Shown here one piece after another: positions 38,225 through 51,410 of a stretch of 64,000 bases of DNA. The position numbers were made by a program, and so were the translations under genes. Each line of letters opens with the position of its first letter. The first letter of the stretch is position 1. Source of the stretch: Eledone cirrhosa (lineage: Eukaryota); contig OZ024742.1 in NCBI GenBank assembly GCA_964016885.1, positions 200,198,001 to 200,262,000 on the forward strand, in the 5' to 3' direction. The notes under the pieces are model-generated. The model had not been told where the DNA came from and did not search any database. It saw nothing but the letters and a program-made list of their open reading frames with translations.

Positions 38225-38657
38225 AATTCATCTCAAAAAGTTTTGAGACTTTCTTTTCGGGCACTTTTAATTGACCTACGTAACTGTCACTCTAATACAT
38301 CCTTGATATGGTTATAATAAGCTAGCATACCAAACCTCTTTTTTCATGTTGAAGGTTCAGGCCACTACAGCACTTTAAACACTACCTGTCATACATGTCT
38401 TGTCATAGCAGACTGGTTCCACAAAGCTGGCGGAGAAGCTCAGGGGTATCTGCTTTGAGGATGTGGATGAGATGGAGGCTGTGACAAGCGTCCTGGACGC
38501 CTTCACTTTAAACGACTACAAAGGGGCCTTCCAGAAGGGGCTGGAGTGCTACAACAAGTGCCTTGAAGCTGGAGGGTCCTACTTTGAGGGAGACTAGAGT
38601 TTTGTGTTGATCTGAGTTAAATAAATGTCTTTCAAAATCTTTTGAGTGTATCTCGTA
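38225..38657 (+). mobile_element. mariner-type DNA transposon remnant
   Basis: 38424-38597 translates KLAEKLRGICFEDVDEMEAV..YKGAFQKGLECYNKCLEAGGSYFEGD-stop, the typical mariner transposase C-terminus. A TIR-like TTTGAGTGTATCTCG-TA follows. Confidence 0.75.
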
Positions 38658-39289
38658 TATTTACCCATTTTACTCTCGAAGTGAAAATAAATCGATTTAT
38701 AGAAAGATTAACAGTGTTATAGCTTAAGCAACATAGTCCATGCTTGTTATTTTTCCTCTCTAACCCAATATTTGTTTATTACTCATTGGTACTAACAACT
38801 ACCAATAACTTATACCATCCCTACTCCGATGATATATATGCCGGCCGGGACAGTGTAGGAGAACACTCTCCAGCGTGCAGAACTCCAGTGAATGTTTCCT
38901 CGTGGTCCTAGTGGACTAAATGGACAAAGCGTTACCCAGGAGGAGACAATAGCCATTCTAGCTCTTGAGGCTCATTCTTGAGGGTGGCCAACATCGCTAC
39001 GATAGCAATGAGTAAGCAGTAGCTCATGCGGCGATCATCGGTTTAATTGGGTGACCTCGGAGTCGTGAACACTAGTTGCTTCGTAGATGATCGACTATTA
39101 ATTCGACAATGGGTTGGCACAACTGCTCCTGTTAACGAAGAACTCTGAGTATGCAGGTGTAACGAGCCGCATATATTCTAGCCATATATATATATATATA
39201 TTCTAGCCATTAGAAGAAACAAAATGCATACTTCTTCTTCAAGTAGAGGAAGAAGAAGAAGGAGGAGGAGAGTATGGGAGGGGGGGACG

Positions 39290-39440
39290 AACCAATAACG
39301 CTGGAAGTTTTCACTGCTACAGGTTCAACGACAAACCTCTCGGAGAGCGGTCGATACTTCGACAGCTTGCCATCTCCAGCTCGTCGGGCAACGAAATCTG
39401 TCTGTCATCGAATGGAGCAGGTTACCGCTGGAAAAAATGT
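39290..39440 (-). mobile_element. CRE-like non-LTR endonuclease fragment
   Basis: Minus strand RRAGDGKLSKYRPLSERFVVEPVAVKTSSVIG, homologous to 46400-46500. Confidence 0.6.
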
Positions 39441-39556
39441 CATCAGAATAAGATCTATCTTAATGGAATAAAGTTAAGTTGCAGTGAAACAAAATAGACT
39501 ATAGTTAGATAATCTAGTTCTGATGACAGGGTAAGGGAAACTAAATAACTCTAGAA

Positions 39557-40140
39557 CAGAGATCGCCAATCTTTCGGATCTCAATCTTTTTAAATCCCGC
39601 GGACCACTAATATAATTTTTTTTTAAAAGATAAAAACATCTACTAATATATAATAATGTTTTTGTCCATCAGAAGAGATGACTGACGAAGGAAAGTGGGA
39701 TAACGTCGACTGAGAAAGATTTGTATGTTTGTATTACTTGTATGAGTGAGTGCGAAGGAACCAACCAACCAGCAAACAAACAAACATCTCTTTTTTTATA
39801 TTATGTGTACATATTACAATTAGCTGTCACTTTTGACGGTATGGGGCCAGCTAATTTGTAAAATAATGATCAGAGAACTTCCATTTTATTAAACAATACT
39901 GAAGTGTACGTGTGTCATATTGTCGATAGACTATACATATGTGTAAAATCTTTTCATGGATGTTAGTTCTTTACCGAGAAGAAATATCTTTGGTGGGTGT
40001 TATATTTTAACCGAATAATATTTTTGTTTTATTATTAATAAAACATAAAAATTACAAATATTGTCAAAATTTTTCTACGGACCACCAAACTTTTCTCTCG
40101 GACCACCAGTGGTCCGCGGACTACCGGTTAGCGACCGCTG
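39557..40140. mobile_element. hAT (Charlie-like) non-autonomous element
   Basis: Imperfect TIRs CAGAGATCGCCAA / TTAGCGACCGCTG, subterminal CGCGGACCAC repeats, and 8-bp flanks CTCTAGAA / CCATAGAA. Confidence 0.7.
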
Positions 40141-40435
40141 CCATAGAAGCCTACTTGTGGGGACCTCAAACGGAATTCAATACCCTTTAAACTAAGTTTG
40201 AAAATCCTAAGAGCGAAATCATACCTGGGAGGGGCTTGATGCTAGACCTTTTGAAACAGTAAATATGAAAATATATAGTAAAATATCTATAAGTATGTAT
40301 ATATATATATATTAATTCTACATATATTCTATATATTTTTATTGTATACATACTAAAGAATCACCGGAAAAATGTAATTTCTAAACAATACAAACATACT
40401 TACGTACATACATATATTTACACACATACATACAC

Positions 40436-40509
<74 letters not shown>

Positions 40510-40514
<5 letters not shown>

Positions 40515-40728
40515 GATAACAGATTAAAGTTTAAGCAAAGAATCGCTGCTTTCACCCTTAACGAGATCTTCAGAAGATCCCGTTAAGAGTGAAAGCAGCG
40601 ATTCTTTGCTTAAACTTTAATCTGTTATTTTAATAAATATTTGCTCTACGGTTCTTATATATTTGATATATATTTATCCTTATCGAGCCCTCTTTGGATT
40701 TTAGTCTTCAAATTTATTATTATTACTA
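40510..40728 (+). mobile_element. Fold-back element pivoting on a hammerhead core (family H6), in (TA)n
   Basis: About 63-bp arms around 40572. Minus strand reads CUGAAGA-UCUC-GUUAA-GGGU-GAAA and plus strand CAGAAGA-UCCC-GUUAA-GAGU-GAAA. Second copy at 4346-4544. Confidence 0.75.
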
Positions 40729-40792
40729 TATATATATACATATTACTATATATTACACATATATATACACACATACATATATATATATATAT

Positions 40793-40871
<79 letters not shown>

Positions 40872-41419
40872 CATACATATATTTACACATACATACATAT
40901 ATACATGCATACATATGTTTACATATACATACATATATACATATATTTACACAGACGTACATACATTCATAATACTTACGTACATACATACATACCTACG
41001 TACACACATGTATAATGTTTATGTATGTATACACATACATATATACAACATACATACATAAATACAACATACATACATATATACACATACATATATACAA
41101 CATACATACATAAACATTATACATACAGGACATATATACAAACTCAGATGCCAGTCGTCCATCCATCTGCCCATCCTTTCATCCACTACATCCATTCATC
41201 CATCTAACCACGCATATATCCATCACATTCACCCATTCATCCATCCATTGGTACAGAGAAGTCAGAGAAAAAGAAGAAAAGGGGAGACATATAAAGAAGC
41301 TAACGTAGCGAGTTAAATGAATTGCATTACAAAGCGATATTTAGAATGAAGAATAAAAAGACTTCTGGAGGCGTCTGAAAGAGAGAGAGAGAAAGAGAGA
41401 CAGACAGAAAGACACAAAA

Positions 41420-41500
41420 AGATCGTTGCTAATGCCTTTGCTTAGGTAAACACCTGGCGTTCGAACGGAACTGGTGAGCGTTTCCTAGCGAACGGTAAGT
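41420..41500 (+). other. Possible non-coding first exon ending at a consensus splice donor
   Basis: Unique CpG-containing stretch ending ACG|GTAAGT (donor at 41495). No transcript support available. Confidence 0.3.
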
Positions 41501-41829
41501 ACAGTTTTACTCAATAAGAATCTCTGGATATCTCTATCTCTTACTCTATAAATGTTCATCAATTTATCTAAGTTCTCTATCTGAGCGTCACCTATTAATT
41601 GCTACGTCTCTCTTACGCATACATACACACTCAAGCTATCTATCTGTCTCTTCCTTTTGTAATTGACTGACCCTCCTGGAGTTAGGAATTATATTACATT
41701 TGCTTCTATACACACTGCATGCACGATGTATAGATTTATATATATATTTACATATACGAATTCGTGAACATATACGTACAAATACACACACTCACGTGTG
41801 CAAACACACACAAACGTATCAAAATGATT

Positions 41830-42005
41830 TGCAGCATTTGTTCCGGTTCTTAACGTTCTGAATTCAAATTCCGCTTAGGTCTTCTTTACCTTTCATCCAT
41901 CCGGTGTCGATAAAATGGAATACCAGTCAAGTACCGAGTTGATAAAGGCGACATTACCCTCCTCCGGAAATTAATAATTTGGTACCTAAATTAGAAAACA
42001 TTATT
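41830..42005 (+). mobile_element. Diverged Nin-domain SINE
   Basis: CCTTTCATCCATCCGGTGTCGATAAAATGGAATACCAG core. Confidence 0.7.
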
Positions 42006-42447
42006 CTATATACAGCTTTCACTGCGAGACATCCCTCAATCAGCTGTTGATATTGCAGATCTTTATCCACCTCCACTTCCACGGACAGTATTCCTCCCTC
42101 CAGCGGTGTCAAACAACATTGGTGTTACCAGACAATGCCTGAGTTGTTATGGCCCATTCTATAGCACACGTTTTCTTTCTGTGGTCTATGCCCCATTCCC
42201 TACAGCAAGCTGGGATATGCTGTAACCATTTCAACCCTCTTGTAACTATTATGTTTACTCCTTACTTAGGCTTTGTTCTTTATTCTCAACGTTGGTCTTT
42301 ATCTCACATGCATCTGACATACCCATGAAGCATTTTCTGCTTCACTCAGTATTTGTTAAAGCCATGCTTAACTAAGGAGTTACGTGCAAGTGTGTCGTAA
42401 TATACACATGAATTCAGTGAGTAATAATAATACACATTTATGAATTT

Positions 42448-42690
42448 GTTGTGTCCTTGAGCAAAGCACTTCATTTCATCTTCTTCCTTTTCTCTCAGCT
42501 AGCAAAAATAAGTTGTGCACGCAATAAAAAGGGCCAGCCTTGTGTCACGCTGAATCTCCCCGAGAACTACGTTAAGGGTATACGTTTCAACGGAATGCTC
42601 AACCACATGTACGTTAATTTCATGAGCAGGCTGTTCCGGTGATCAAGCAACCGAAACACTCGTCGTCGGTACTGACGGAGATCCAGCATA
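42448..42690 (+). mobile_element. tRNA SINE body (second family)
   Basis: TTGTGTCCTTGAGCAAAGCACTT..GAGAACTACGTTAAGGGTA..TTAATTTCATGAGCAGGCTGTTCC. Confidence 0.7.
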
Positions 42691-44152
42691 CACATATGTA
42701 TGTATATATATATATCTTGCTAATTGTGACATGAAATGAACACATTGATAAATACACACAAGTGTGTTACATGAACACAGTAAATTGTATGCATCCATTG
42801 CCTATAGACAAAACACTCCATAAATATACAGCATATATATTGCATACGCGGATTGTATACATAGTGTTTATATAGCCATTGAACAAATTGCATATCAATT
42901 ATATACATTACATAGATATACTTGAATCTATATCCTATTATAAATACCGACCAGTGAAACAGCATCTACGTGCTCTTGTAATTTTCTAGAAATAACAGCC
43001 ACATTTCACTGAAATTATTTAAGTCTTATAAATATTAGTTAATGGAGTTTTTGGCAATTTGCTAGAAATAATACATAAAGTCTTCGAAAGAACGTCACAT
43101 TGGATGATTCAGTCTATCTGAATAAATGACATGATGTATGCAACTGAAACAGCTTTGACCACATGTGTGCTTGTTCAAGGTTGGCCTTGGGCTAAACAAT
43201 ATTTCATAAGTACATTGATTTTCAGGAAAGAACAGTTAAATCTTCCCCAAATATTACCCTGCCACCGTAAGTAAAGATACTGTGTATAATGTAGTCCTAA
43301 ATATGTTATCTAAATAACAGACATGGTGATCACAACTGGAATATATTTGGATCAGAGTTAATTAAACCACAATTATTGTAATAAATACATTGACTTTCTG
43401 AAAGTAGCTGTCAAACCGTACTCAAATGATGCTCTATCTTATTAAAAGACTGGATTATCATGGCTGGAATACCTTTGACCGTAGGTCTGTTGGAACAGAG
43501 CTTATTTCGCACCAAACAACTTCAACATTGTAGAAATATTTTGCTCTGATCGGCTTTATATTATTAAATGGTATCCAACTGAGCTGATCTCGATCTGCAG
43601 TTTTCGGTGAGTTTTTTCTTATACAAATATGTCGACATATCTGTTAGGTATGTCTATTTTGTTTAATTTTTAGTCAAGGAAGGAAGTGCAATGCTCGGAG
43701 ACCCAGAAAAGGGTCGTAGGTACTTTCCTTCCGTTTCTGACTAAACAATAGATAAGAGGTGTTTGAGGACTCGTGATTCCATTCCTTTTCTGATAATGTT
43801 GAGTAAGGAAATATTTGGTACTTTGATGGATGAGCTCTGATGTTTCTATTATGCATAGGAATCACAGAGGCGATATTCCCCTAGTTTTGAAATACACGAC
43901 AAGGGGAAAAATTCTCTTCGCTGGGCGCATGAGGTAACACCAGCCTGAGGTTTTGTTCTTCAGAGAGACAGAGCGAACGGACGAAAGACAGTGCAAACAT
44001 TTTATTGGTTGATTCATGCTATTACCGTTTGTCACTACATACATACATACATACATACATACGTACATACATACATACATACATACGTACATACATACAT
44101 ACATACATACATACATACATACATACATACATACATACATACATACATACAT

Positions 44153-44195
44153 GATGGCTGTCCCCTCGTTATCGAGTTTGGCCATTGCACGATAT
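44153..44195 (-). mobile_element. 3' hairpin of a distant family A relative with (TATG)n tail
   Basis: Minus strand ATGGCCAAACTCGATAACGAGGGGACAGCCATCATGTATG versus family A GTGGCCGTACTCGAAAACGAGTTGGCAGCCACCATGTATG. Confidence 0.6.
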
Positions 44196-44384
44196 AACAT
44201 AAATATATATATATATATACATGCATACATACAAATACATATACATATATGCATCATGCATACATGCACACATAGATACATACATACATACATACATACA
44301 TACATACATGCATACATACATACATACATACATACATACATACATACATACATACATACATACATACATACATCTACATACAGA

Positions 44385-44623
44385 AGGAGGACATCTACGG
44401 ACCATTGATGAGGAGTTTACAAATCCAGTATCCAAGTTACACCTTTAGCTTCATACCCATCATTATTGGAGCTACGGGTTATATACCAACCCGCTTGGAC
44501 CAAAGTATGACTGAACCTGGATTTGCGGACAAAGAGCGCAGCTCCCTAATTCATAGTCTACAAATGGCTGCGATAGCTGGCACCTTCAAAATTTGCAAAA
44601 CATTCTTGCGATTCAAGGGATGA
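44385..44623 (+). mobile_element. RLE-type non-LTR C-terminal fragment
   Basis: LQIQYPSYTFSFIPIIIGATGYIP..LQMAAIAGTFKICKTFL. Confidence 0.65.
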
Positions 44624-45088
44624 CAATTTCTTTTCTTTTACAACCTTGCCACCAGGAAGGTGGCCGGTCAAAAAAATATACTCGAAATTAAGAGAAAGAG
44701 AAAACATACATACAAAAACACACACATATCTACATACGTATATGCATACACGTATATTACATGTCTTCAATGGCTGTATAATAAGTGAGGCCCGGCATTT
44801 AGAGCGAATGAGAAGGCTCTTCTAATCGGGTGCTGTTCATGCTTAAGCTTGGCGATGTGCAATAATGCTTTAGTTCCATATGAATACAGTCAATAACAAA
44901 GCGAATGAACAATAACAATAAAAATTAATCAGATTTTTCACTGATTTAGTTTCAGTCATACGACTATTCTGTGGACAAACGGGGACAGCGCCATAAAGAG
45001 ATACCGTGATTATATCGATGTATTACAATCTATTACTTGTTATCAATCTCTATTTGCCGAACTGCTACGTTACGGGACAAAAACAAGA

Positions 45089-45121
<33 letters not shown>

Positions 45122-45135
45122 TACACACACAGACA

Positions 45136-45210
<75 letters not shown>

Positions 45211-45245
45211 ACACACACACACGCACGCACGCACACACACACACA

Positions 45246-45325
<80 letters not shown>

Positions 45326-45688
45326 ACAAACAAATAATATTTTTATGTAGAATTCGTTATTTTTCATCCAAGAAATTGTCCACTGACTGTGGTATTGGAT
45401 ATTACTCTCTTTTCCGAGCAATGTCCAGTACTTGTGCTAGTACAACTAATGTAACTAGCAAACCAGTAGGGTTATATAACCATATATCTACTAAGCTGTA
45501 GATATGCCCTCAGCTCGCTGGAGGATGTTTATTAATTTTTATCCAACAGATATTACTATATAAATAGCCGGTAGAGTTGAGGGTTTTATATAATATCTAA
45601 ATAATAATGATTTAATATCTAAATAATAATGAAAATTATTGTGTACTCAGGTGCACTACAACTCATCAATGGTGCAAGTATAGCACAT

Positions 45689-45884
45689 CAGACTTGCCAA
45701 CCTCTAAAACCCCAAACGGGGAGTACCATGACAAAATGTGCCCCGAAACGGGGAGAAATGAGTTAAAATGGGGAGATTTTACATAATGAAAGCTATACCC
45801 ATTATCACAAGAGAAAACATCTCTCACCCACCCTCAAAGTGGGTGGGAGATCTCCTCGCCGGACAGGGAGAGTTGACAAGTCTG
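45689..45884. mobile_element. MITE (Tip100-like TIRs)
   Basis: TIRs CAGACTTGCCAAC / GTTGACAAGTCTG. Flanks ATAGCACAT / ATAGTTCAT form an imperfect duplication. Confidence 0.65.
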
Positions 45885-46149
45885 ATAGTTCATAGAATAA
45901 TGTACAACTAACAATCTGTAGGCATATTCTCAGCTTTCTTGTGGAATTATCTTCATTTTTATCCAACGGATATATCAAATCAGTTACGTCTGTAGATATA
46001 GTCTAGTCTATATTTTTCTGGAAATATATTTTTACTTTGTCCCACAGATATAACTTCGTAAAGTGACAGAGGGAATCAGCAGGTATGGCTATGGTCAAAC
46101 GAGCTGGACATATCGGTGACCACCAATCATAACCATCTCCCTGACAAAT

Positions 46150-46525
46150 GTATCCGAACACGGAAGAGCCGAACTCCCACTGTCGTCGCCTCCATCTCTC
46201 TCGCCCTCCCCATCTCTCTGTATTTTGAGCAAATGGGGTCCCACGTGTTGGTCTCCCCACAGCCCCGGCCGACAGAATGGAGAAGGCGATTCCCCGGAGG
46301 ATGGTAAGGGAGAAGCACTGGAACAGTCGTTCCATGTCGCGAGGCTCACACATGCAGCTGGCCAGCTCAGCGCCTATGGTAGTAAGTAGGGAGGTAGCCC
46401 TAGCCAAGGACATCAGAAGTCTCCACTACTAAGGGCACGACCGCAAACCTGTCGGAGAGCGACCGGTACTTGGAGAGTTTGCCCTCCTCACCCCGAACCT
46501 GGGTTAGTCGCAGACTGCACCTGGT
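46150..46525 (-). mobile_element. CRE-like non-LTR element 3' fragment
   Basis: GKLSKYRSLSDRFAVVPLVVETSDVLG..RLFQCFSLTILRGIAFSIL. Inverted homologue at about 62005-62260. Confidence 0.7.
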
Positions 46526-46571
46526 TGTGATAATTGATTGGTATAAACATGCTCCATTATCTGTCCTACAA

Positions 46572-46762
46572 GGGCGGTGAATTGGCAGTATCAGTAGAGG
46601 GTCAGACGCCATGCTTTCCAGCATAGTTACGTCCCTTTACAGTCTGAGTTCAAATCCCGTTGAGGTTAACTTTGCCTTTCATCCTTACCAGGTCGATAAA
46701 ATAAAGTACCAGTAATGAACTGGGTAATTGCTGGCCTTGTGCCAAAAGTAGAAACAATTATC
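46572..46762 (+). mobile_element. Nin-domain tRNA SINE
   Basis: Matches the family consensus. TTATCTGTCCTACA is duplicated on both sides (TSD-like). Confidence 0.88.
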
Positions 46763-47082
46763 TGTCCTACAGACGTTCTGCCTCTTATCTCTGCCTATGT
46801 TACCGCTATGTTAATGGTTTCTGCTCCTCAGAACTTGCTGACATATAGCAATCTCCTCTCAGGCTCTCCTGTCTCTCTCGTCTCTACTTCTCTCTCATCA
46901 CCCATATTTAGCCCAACAGCACAGCCCTCAACCTCTCAACGTCGCGTTACACTCATCCCTTCCTCACAAGATCGTATGTCTATCATCAACGGCATCAGAT
47001 CTCGTCCGTCTTGATGTCCTGGGCCTATATCAGTCACGAACGCAGGCCCTATCCTCCAGACTAACAATAAATAAATAAATAA

Positions 47083-47172
47083 ATCATCATCATCATCATC
47101 ATTATCATTATCCTCATCATCGTCATCATCACCGTCGTCGTCGTCGTCATCATCATCACCATCATCATCACC

Positions 47173-47206
<34 letters not shown>

Positions 47207-47220
47207 CCACCACCACCACC

Positions 47221-47257
<37 letters not shown>

Positions 47258-47475
47258 CCACCACCACCACCACCACCACCACCACCGCCACCACCACCAC
47301 CGTTTAACGTCCATTTTACACGTTAGCATGGGTTAGGCAAGCTGTCCCGTTGTGAGACAAACCAGGCCAAATTACCGTGTTATGCTCATACAGAACTGAT
47401 TTGGGCTTGGTTTCCACGGCTGGATGCCCTTCCTAGCGACAACCACATTTTCAGTGTGTACTGGGTGCTTTTTGT
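47083..47475 (-). mobile_element. RTE-related SINE 3' end with expanded (GAT/GGT)n tail
   Basis: Minus strand GGTTGTCGCTAGGAAGGGCATCCAGCCGTGGAAAC..GGACGTTAAACG followed by the tail. Same family at 63757-64000. Confidence 0.7.
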
Positions 47476-47797
47476 CGTGACAATAAATGAATAAGTAAAC
47501 GAATAAATATATAAACACCAACCCACTTATATCTGTAGGTATATTATATTCTAGTTTTTACGATGACAAACGGGCAGCCAGCAATGATATCATTTTTTTG
47601 ATGGTGTCTACACTGCTTTTGTTTGTATTTATTAATTTTTTCTTATATTTTGTTTCATCTTTTAGTCTATAACTTTCAAGGCATTGTTAGCTTTTATATT
47701 TAAACACATCCTTTCTGTTCAGTCTCTTACAATACTTACAATAGACACGTTCCCCATCACCCATCACCGTTTTTCTTTGGTAATATGTATACGTATA

Positions 47798-47859
<62 letters not shown>

Positions 47860-48007
47860 CAGAAGGGATATTCAATTTGTTGGTAATTCAACAGATATAA
47901 ATGTTTATAACTGATTCAGAGCACTCAACAGTTTCTATCCGCGGAAAACCCTGAACCGTTAAGGTATATTATCCTTGGTTATGTCAAAATTTATAAAACA
48001 CACTGCG

Positions 48008-48069
48008 TATTTTATCTGATGATAGCGTACCAAAATGTTTGGTACCCTTGAAATATATATAATAGAATA
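48008..48069 (+). ncRNA. Type I hammerhead ribozyme (family H1)
   Basis: UAUUUUAU-CUGAUGA-UAGCGUACCA-AAAUGUU-UGGUACCCUU-GAAA-UAUAU-AUA/AUAGAAUA. Confidence 0.78.
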
Positions 48070-48189
48070 AATATTGTTTTATAAATATAGTTTCCATTTA
48101 TTTAATATCATTGTATATATATATATACAATGTATATATATATATATATATATATACATACATACACACACACACACCTATATATATAT

Positions 48190-48408
48190 ATCGACAGTCG
48201 ATCGACTTCCATCAAATCGGACCGAGGAAACAATGTTTCCGTTGCTCTTTCCAATTGCTAATACTATCTATCGGTCGCAACTCCAGGTAGAAGGAGCAAC
48301 GTGAAATAAAGTGTCTTGCTCAAGGTCATAACACATCGCCCGGTTCGGGAATCGAACTCACAACCTCACGATTGTGAATCCAGTTCTCTAACCACTCAGC
48401 CACGCGCC
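48190..48408 (-). mobile_element. tRNA-derived SINE
   Basis: Minus strand GGCGCGTGGCTGAGTGGTTAG (A box)..GAGTTCGATTCC (B box)..CCTTGAGCAAGACACTT. Confidence 0.8.
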
Positions 48409-48439
48409 TATATATATATGTCAATATACATACATACAC

Positions 48440-48483
<44 letters not shown>

Positions 48484-48532
48484 TATGTGCGTGTGGGGGG
48501 GGGGGGGGTTGTGTGTGTGTTGTGTGTGTGTG

Positions 48533-48585
<53 letters not shown>

Positions 48586-48623
48586 GTGTGTGTGTGTGTG
48601 TGTGTGTTGTGTGTGTGTGTGTG

Positions 48624-48715
<92 letters not shown>

Positions 48716-49561
48716 ATGTTAGTTCTACTTTGATATTAACCGGCGATCTTATTTCCGACATTAGGTTCGGTTTTGAACAATCGTTTGACTCTTTTGTAAA
48801 TAGCTCCTTAGTTTATATCTGTTAGAACACGAAAAGTGTGAAACAACAGAATGTTCACTTTTCGTGTTCTAACATATATGCGTAGCTTCTTAAAAAATTT
48901 TTCGGGGATAGCCGTGGTGGTGGTGATCGTATGTCATTGGCTAATTTTCAACCAATCAGAGTACCTCTCTCTATATCTCTTCCACTGTTACTTACGCCTG
49001 TTTCTCTCTATCTGTTCCGTCTCTATATATATCTCTTACTCTTTCGCTTTGCACTCCTCCCCTTCAATACCATCTCTCCCCCTCTCTATATATTTGTTAC
49101 TCTATCGCTGCACGCTCCTCTCCTTCAATATATCAATTACACACGCTTTACACTCCTTTATCCCCAGCGCCCCTATATATACACCCCCCCCTCTCCCGCA
49201 TCTATATTTTAATGTACCGTTGCACCGTGAATATATGTGTCTATATATATATACATATATATTGTATATACACATTCATGTATGTGTATACACACTCATG
49301 TATGTATATACACTGGTTTTATGTGTGTATTGTAAATTTGTACTGTTAAAACACGAAACTAACATTCGATTGACACTTTGATTACCTGTACAGGCAATAG
49401 TTATTAGAATGCTGTTGAAGTGTGTATATATTTTTGGGGGACATCCTGTATATACACACATTATATATAATACAATAAACAGATAAATACACACATATAT
49501 ATATGAGCTTATTTAATTATAAATATTGTGAATTTTTAACTCAGTTCAATTATATATATAA

Positions 49562-49610
49562 ATGGTTTCTACAGGACTAGAACTGTTTCATTCGAAAGAA
49601 ATCATCATAA
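49562..49610 (-). ncRNA. Family H5 hammerhead, homology ending at the first core base
   Basis: Minus strand (A)UGAUGA-UUUC-UUUC-GAAU-GAAACAG-UUCUAGUC-CUGUA/GAAA, homologous to 35894-35940. Confidence 0.55.
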
Positions 49611-50232
49611 TATTGAGAGGGGGGACTAGATAAAATATTTCAAATCAAATGTGTATAAGTTATAAGTTAAAATGTATAAATAGAGACGATAGTGGAGGTA
49701 TATCTGTTTAGTGGAACAGTAGACGATAGAATTAAATACAGACGATAATCTCCCTTTAATGAAACAGCAGACGATAGAATTAAGGCAATTTAAATTTTAA
49801 GCATTTGCATTTTTGCCTTTCATCGTTACGGGGTCGATAAAATAAAGTACCAGTAATACACTGTCACTAGACGACTTTCAAATTGAATTGTTGGTTCCAT
49901 TTCTTTAGTATTTTCAATTGTAGTTATCTACTTAAAAAGCGTTACACGGTTAGAGACATAATTCGTAAGTTATATCTTCCCTATTAAACCATTGCATTAT
50001 TTCGCCTACAATAGAACAAAAATGAAATGTTCTTTAAAGAAACAGGAATATAACTTTATAAAAAAAAAAGTTGCATCCGCTTCTTTTATCATTGATAATT
50101 TTTTCGTTTTAATATTAATTGTTTTTTGTAGTTGTTTATATTAAAAATCTTACTGTAATATTTACTTAAACGAAGGCAAACATCTAAACTTATAGATTAA
50201 TCTTGAGCGAAGGACTAGATAAATCTCTCTCC

Positions 50233-50296
<64 letters not shown>

Positions 50297-50684
50297 GAAG
50301 AATGATAAAATTTCAAGCAAAGAGTTTAATTAGGTATATTTTGTAATATTATTAACTAATTATTATAATTAACGCGCATATTTTGCTATCCTCAAACACG
50401 TTTACACATGGCATGAAATATAACTAATCCGAGATGGCTAGGTTTCATCTTCTAACTGGATATACGAAATCCATTATGTCTTGACAACAACATGAGGTAA
50501 CATTATGTTATTCACAGACACACTTTGTACACTGTTCCATATCAGAATGTATTTCCTTCGTCACATTCACAAACAGTATTGAAAATATGTTCTTCGGCAA
50601 ATAAAAATGTTTTGTTCATAATATTTCAACTAGCGATTGCTCTACTCCACGCACGACCACCATAAATTAATGACCAGCTCAACA

Positions 50685-50860
50685 CAAGTATTGGTAGAGC
50701 GTCAGACACCATGCTTTGCAGTATTGTTATGGTCCTTTGCATTCTAAGTTCAAATCCTGCCGAGGTTAACTTCGACTTTCATACTTACTAATTCGATAAA
50801 ATAAAGTACCAGTAATGGACTGCCGTAATGGATTTGTGCCGAAAAATAGAAACACTATTA
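50685..50860 (+). mobile_element. Nin-domain tRNA SINE (diverged)
   Basis: Matches the family consensus. Confidence 0.75.
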
Positions 50861-51410
50861 ATGTGCAATAAGCGCAAAATATAACGACATTGCTCAATTA
50901 TTTTATCTAATGTTGTAATAACACAAGGAAATGTTGTTTGTGTATTTTTTTTTATATTTGCTCATAGGCTTTTACAATTTCGCTCAGCCAACAACTATTA
51001 AAAAGTGAGTTGCTTAAGATAACAATTTAATCACAAATTGTTGCTATCTTTTAATACACTCCAACAAGTCATCAAATTATGTACAATAAAAACAAATCTT
51101 ATTAATTTGCTCAGGGAATATAAAGAAAATGTATATACACTGATAATTGCAATTGTATGTAAATATTTTGTTTTTGTATTGTATATTTTATGTTTTCTAT
51201 TATGTATAATATATTGATTTAATATTGATTGTTTTTTGTAGTTGTTTATATTAAAAGTCTGAAAATATTTTTATACATCTTACACTAATATTTATAAGAT
51301 AATTTATAATAACAATTACATAATCTAATTACATTACAACGATAATTTATTATTAATATATATCCTGTTTAACTAGAGTTATTACAAGCGTTGCCTTAAA
51401 AAAATATTAA

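Noticed and set aside
39274-39471. 65-aa plus-strand ORF as a host exon
   Set aside because: The opposite strand encodes a CRE-like endonuclease fragment homologous to 46400-46500.
39520-39545. CTGATGA..GAAA hammerhead-like word
   Set aside because: There is no credible stem II or stem I pairing.
48330-48408. Possible tRNA gene
   Set aside because: It continues directly into a SINE body with no terminator, so it is a SINE head.
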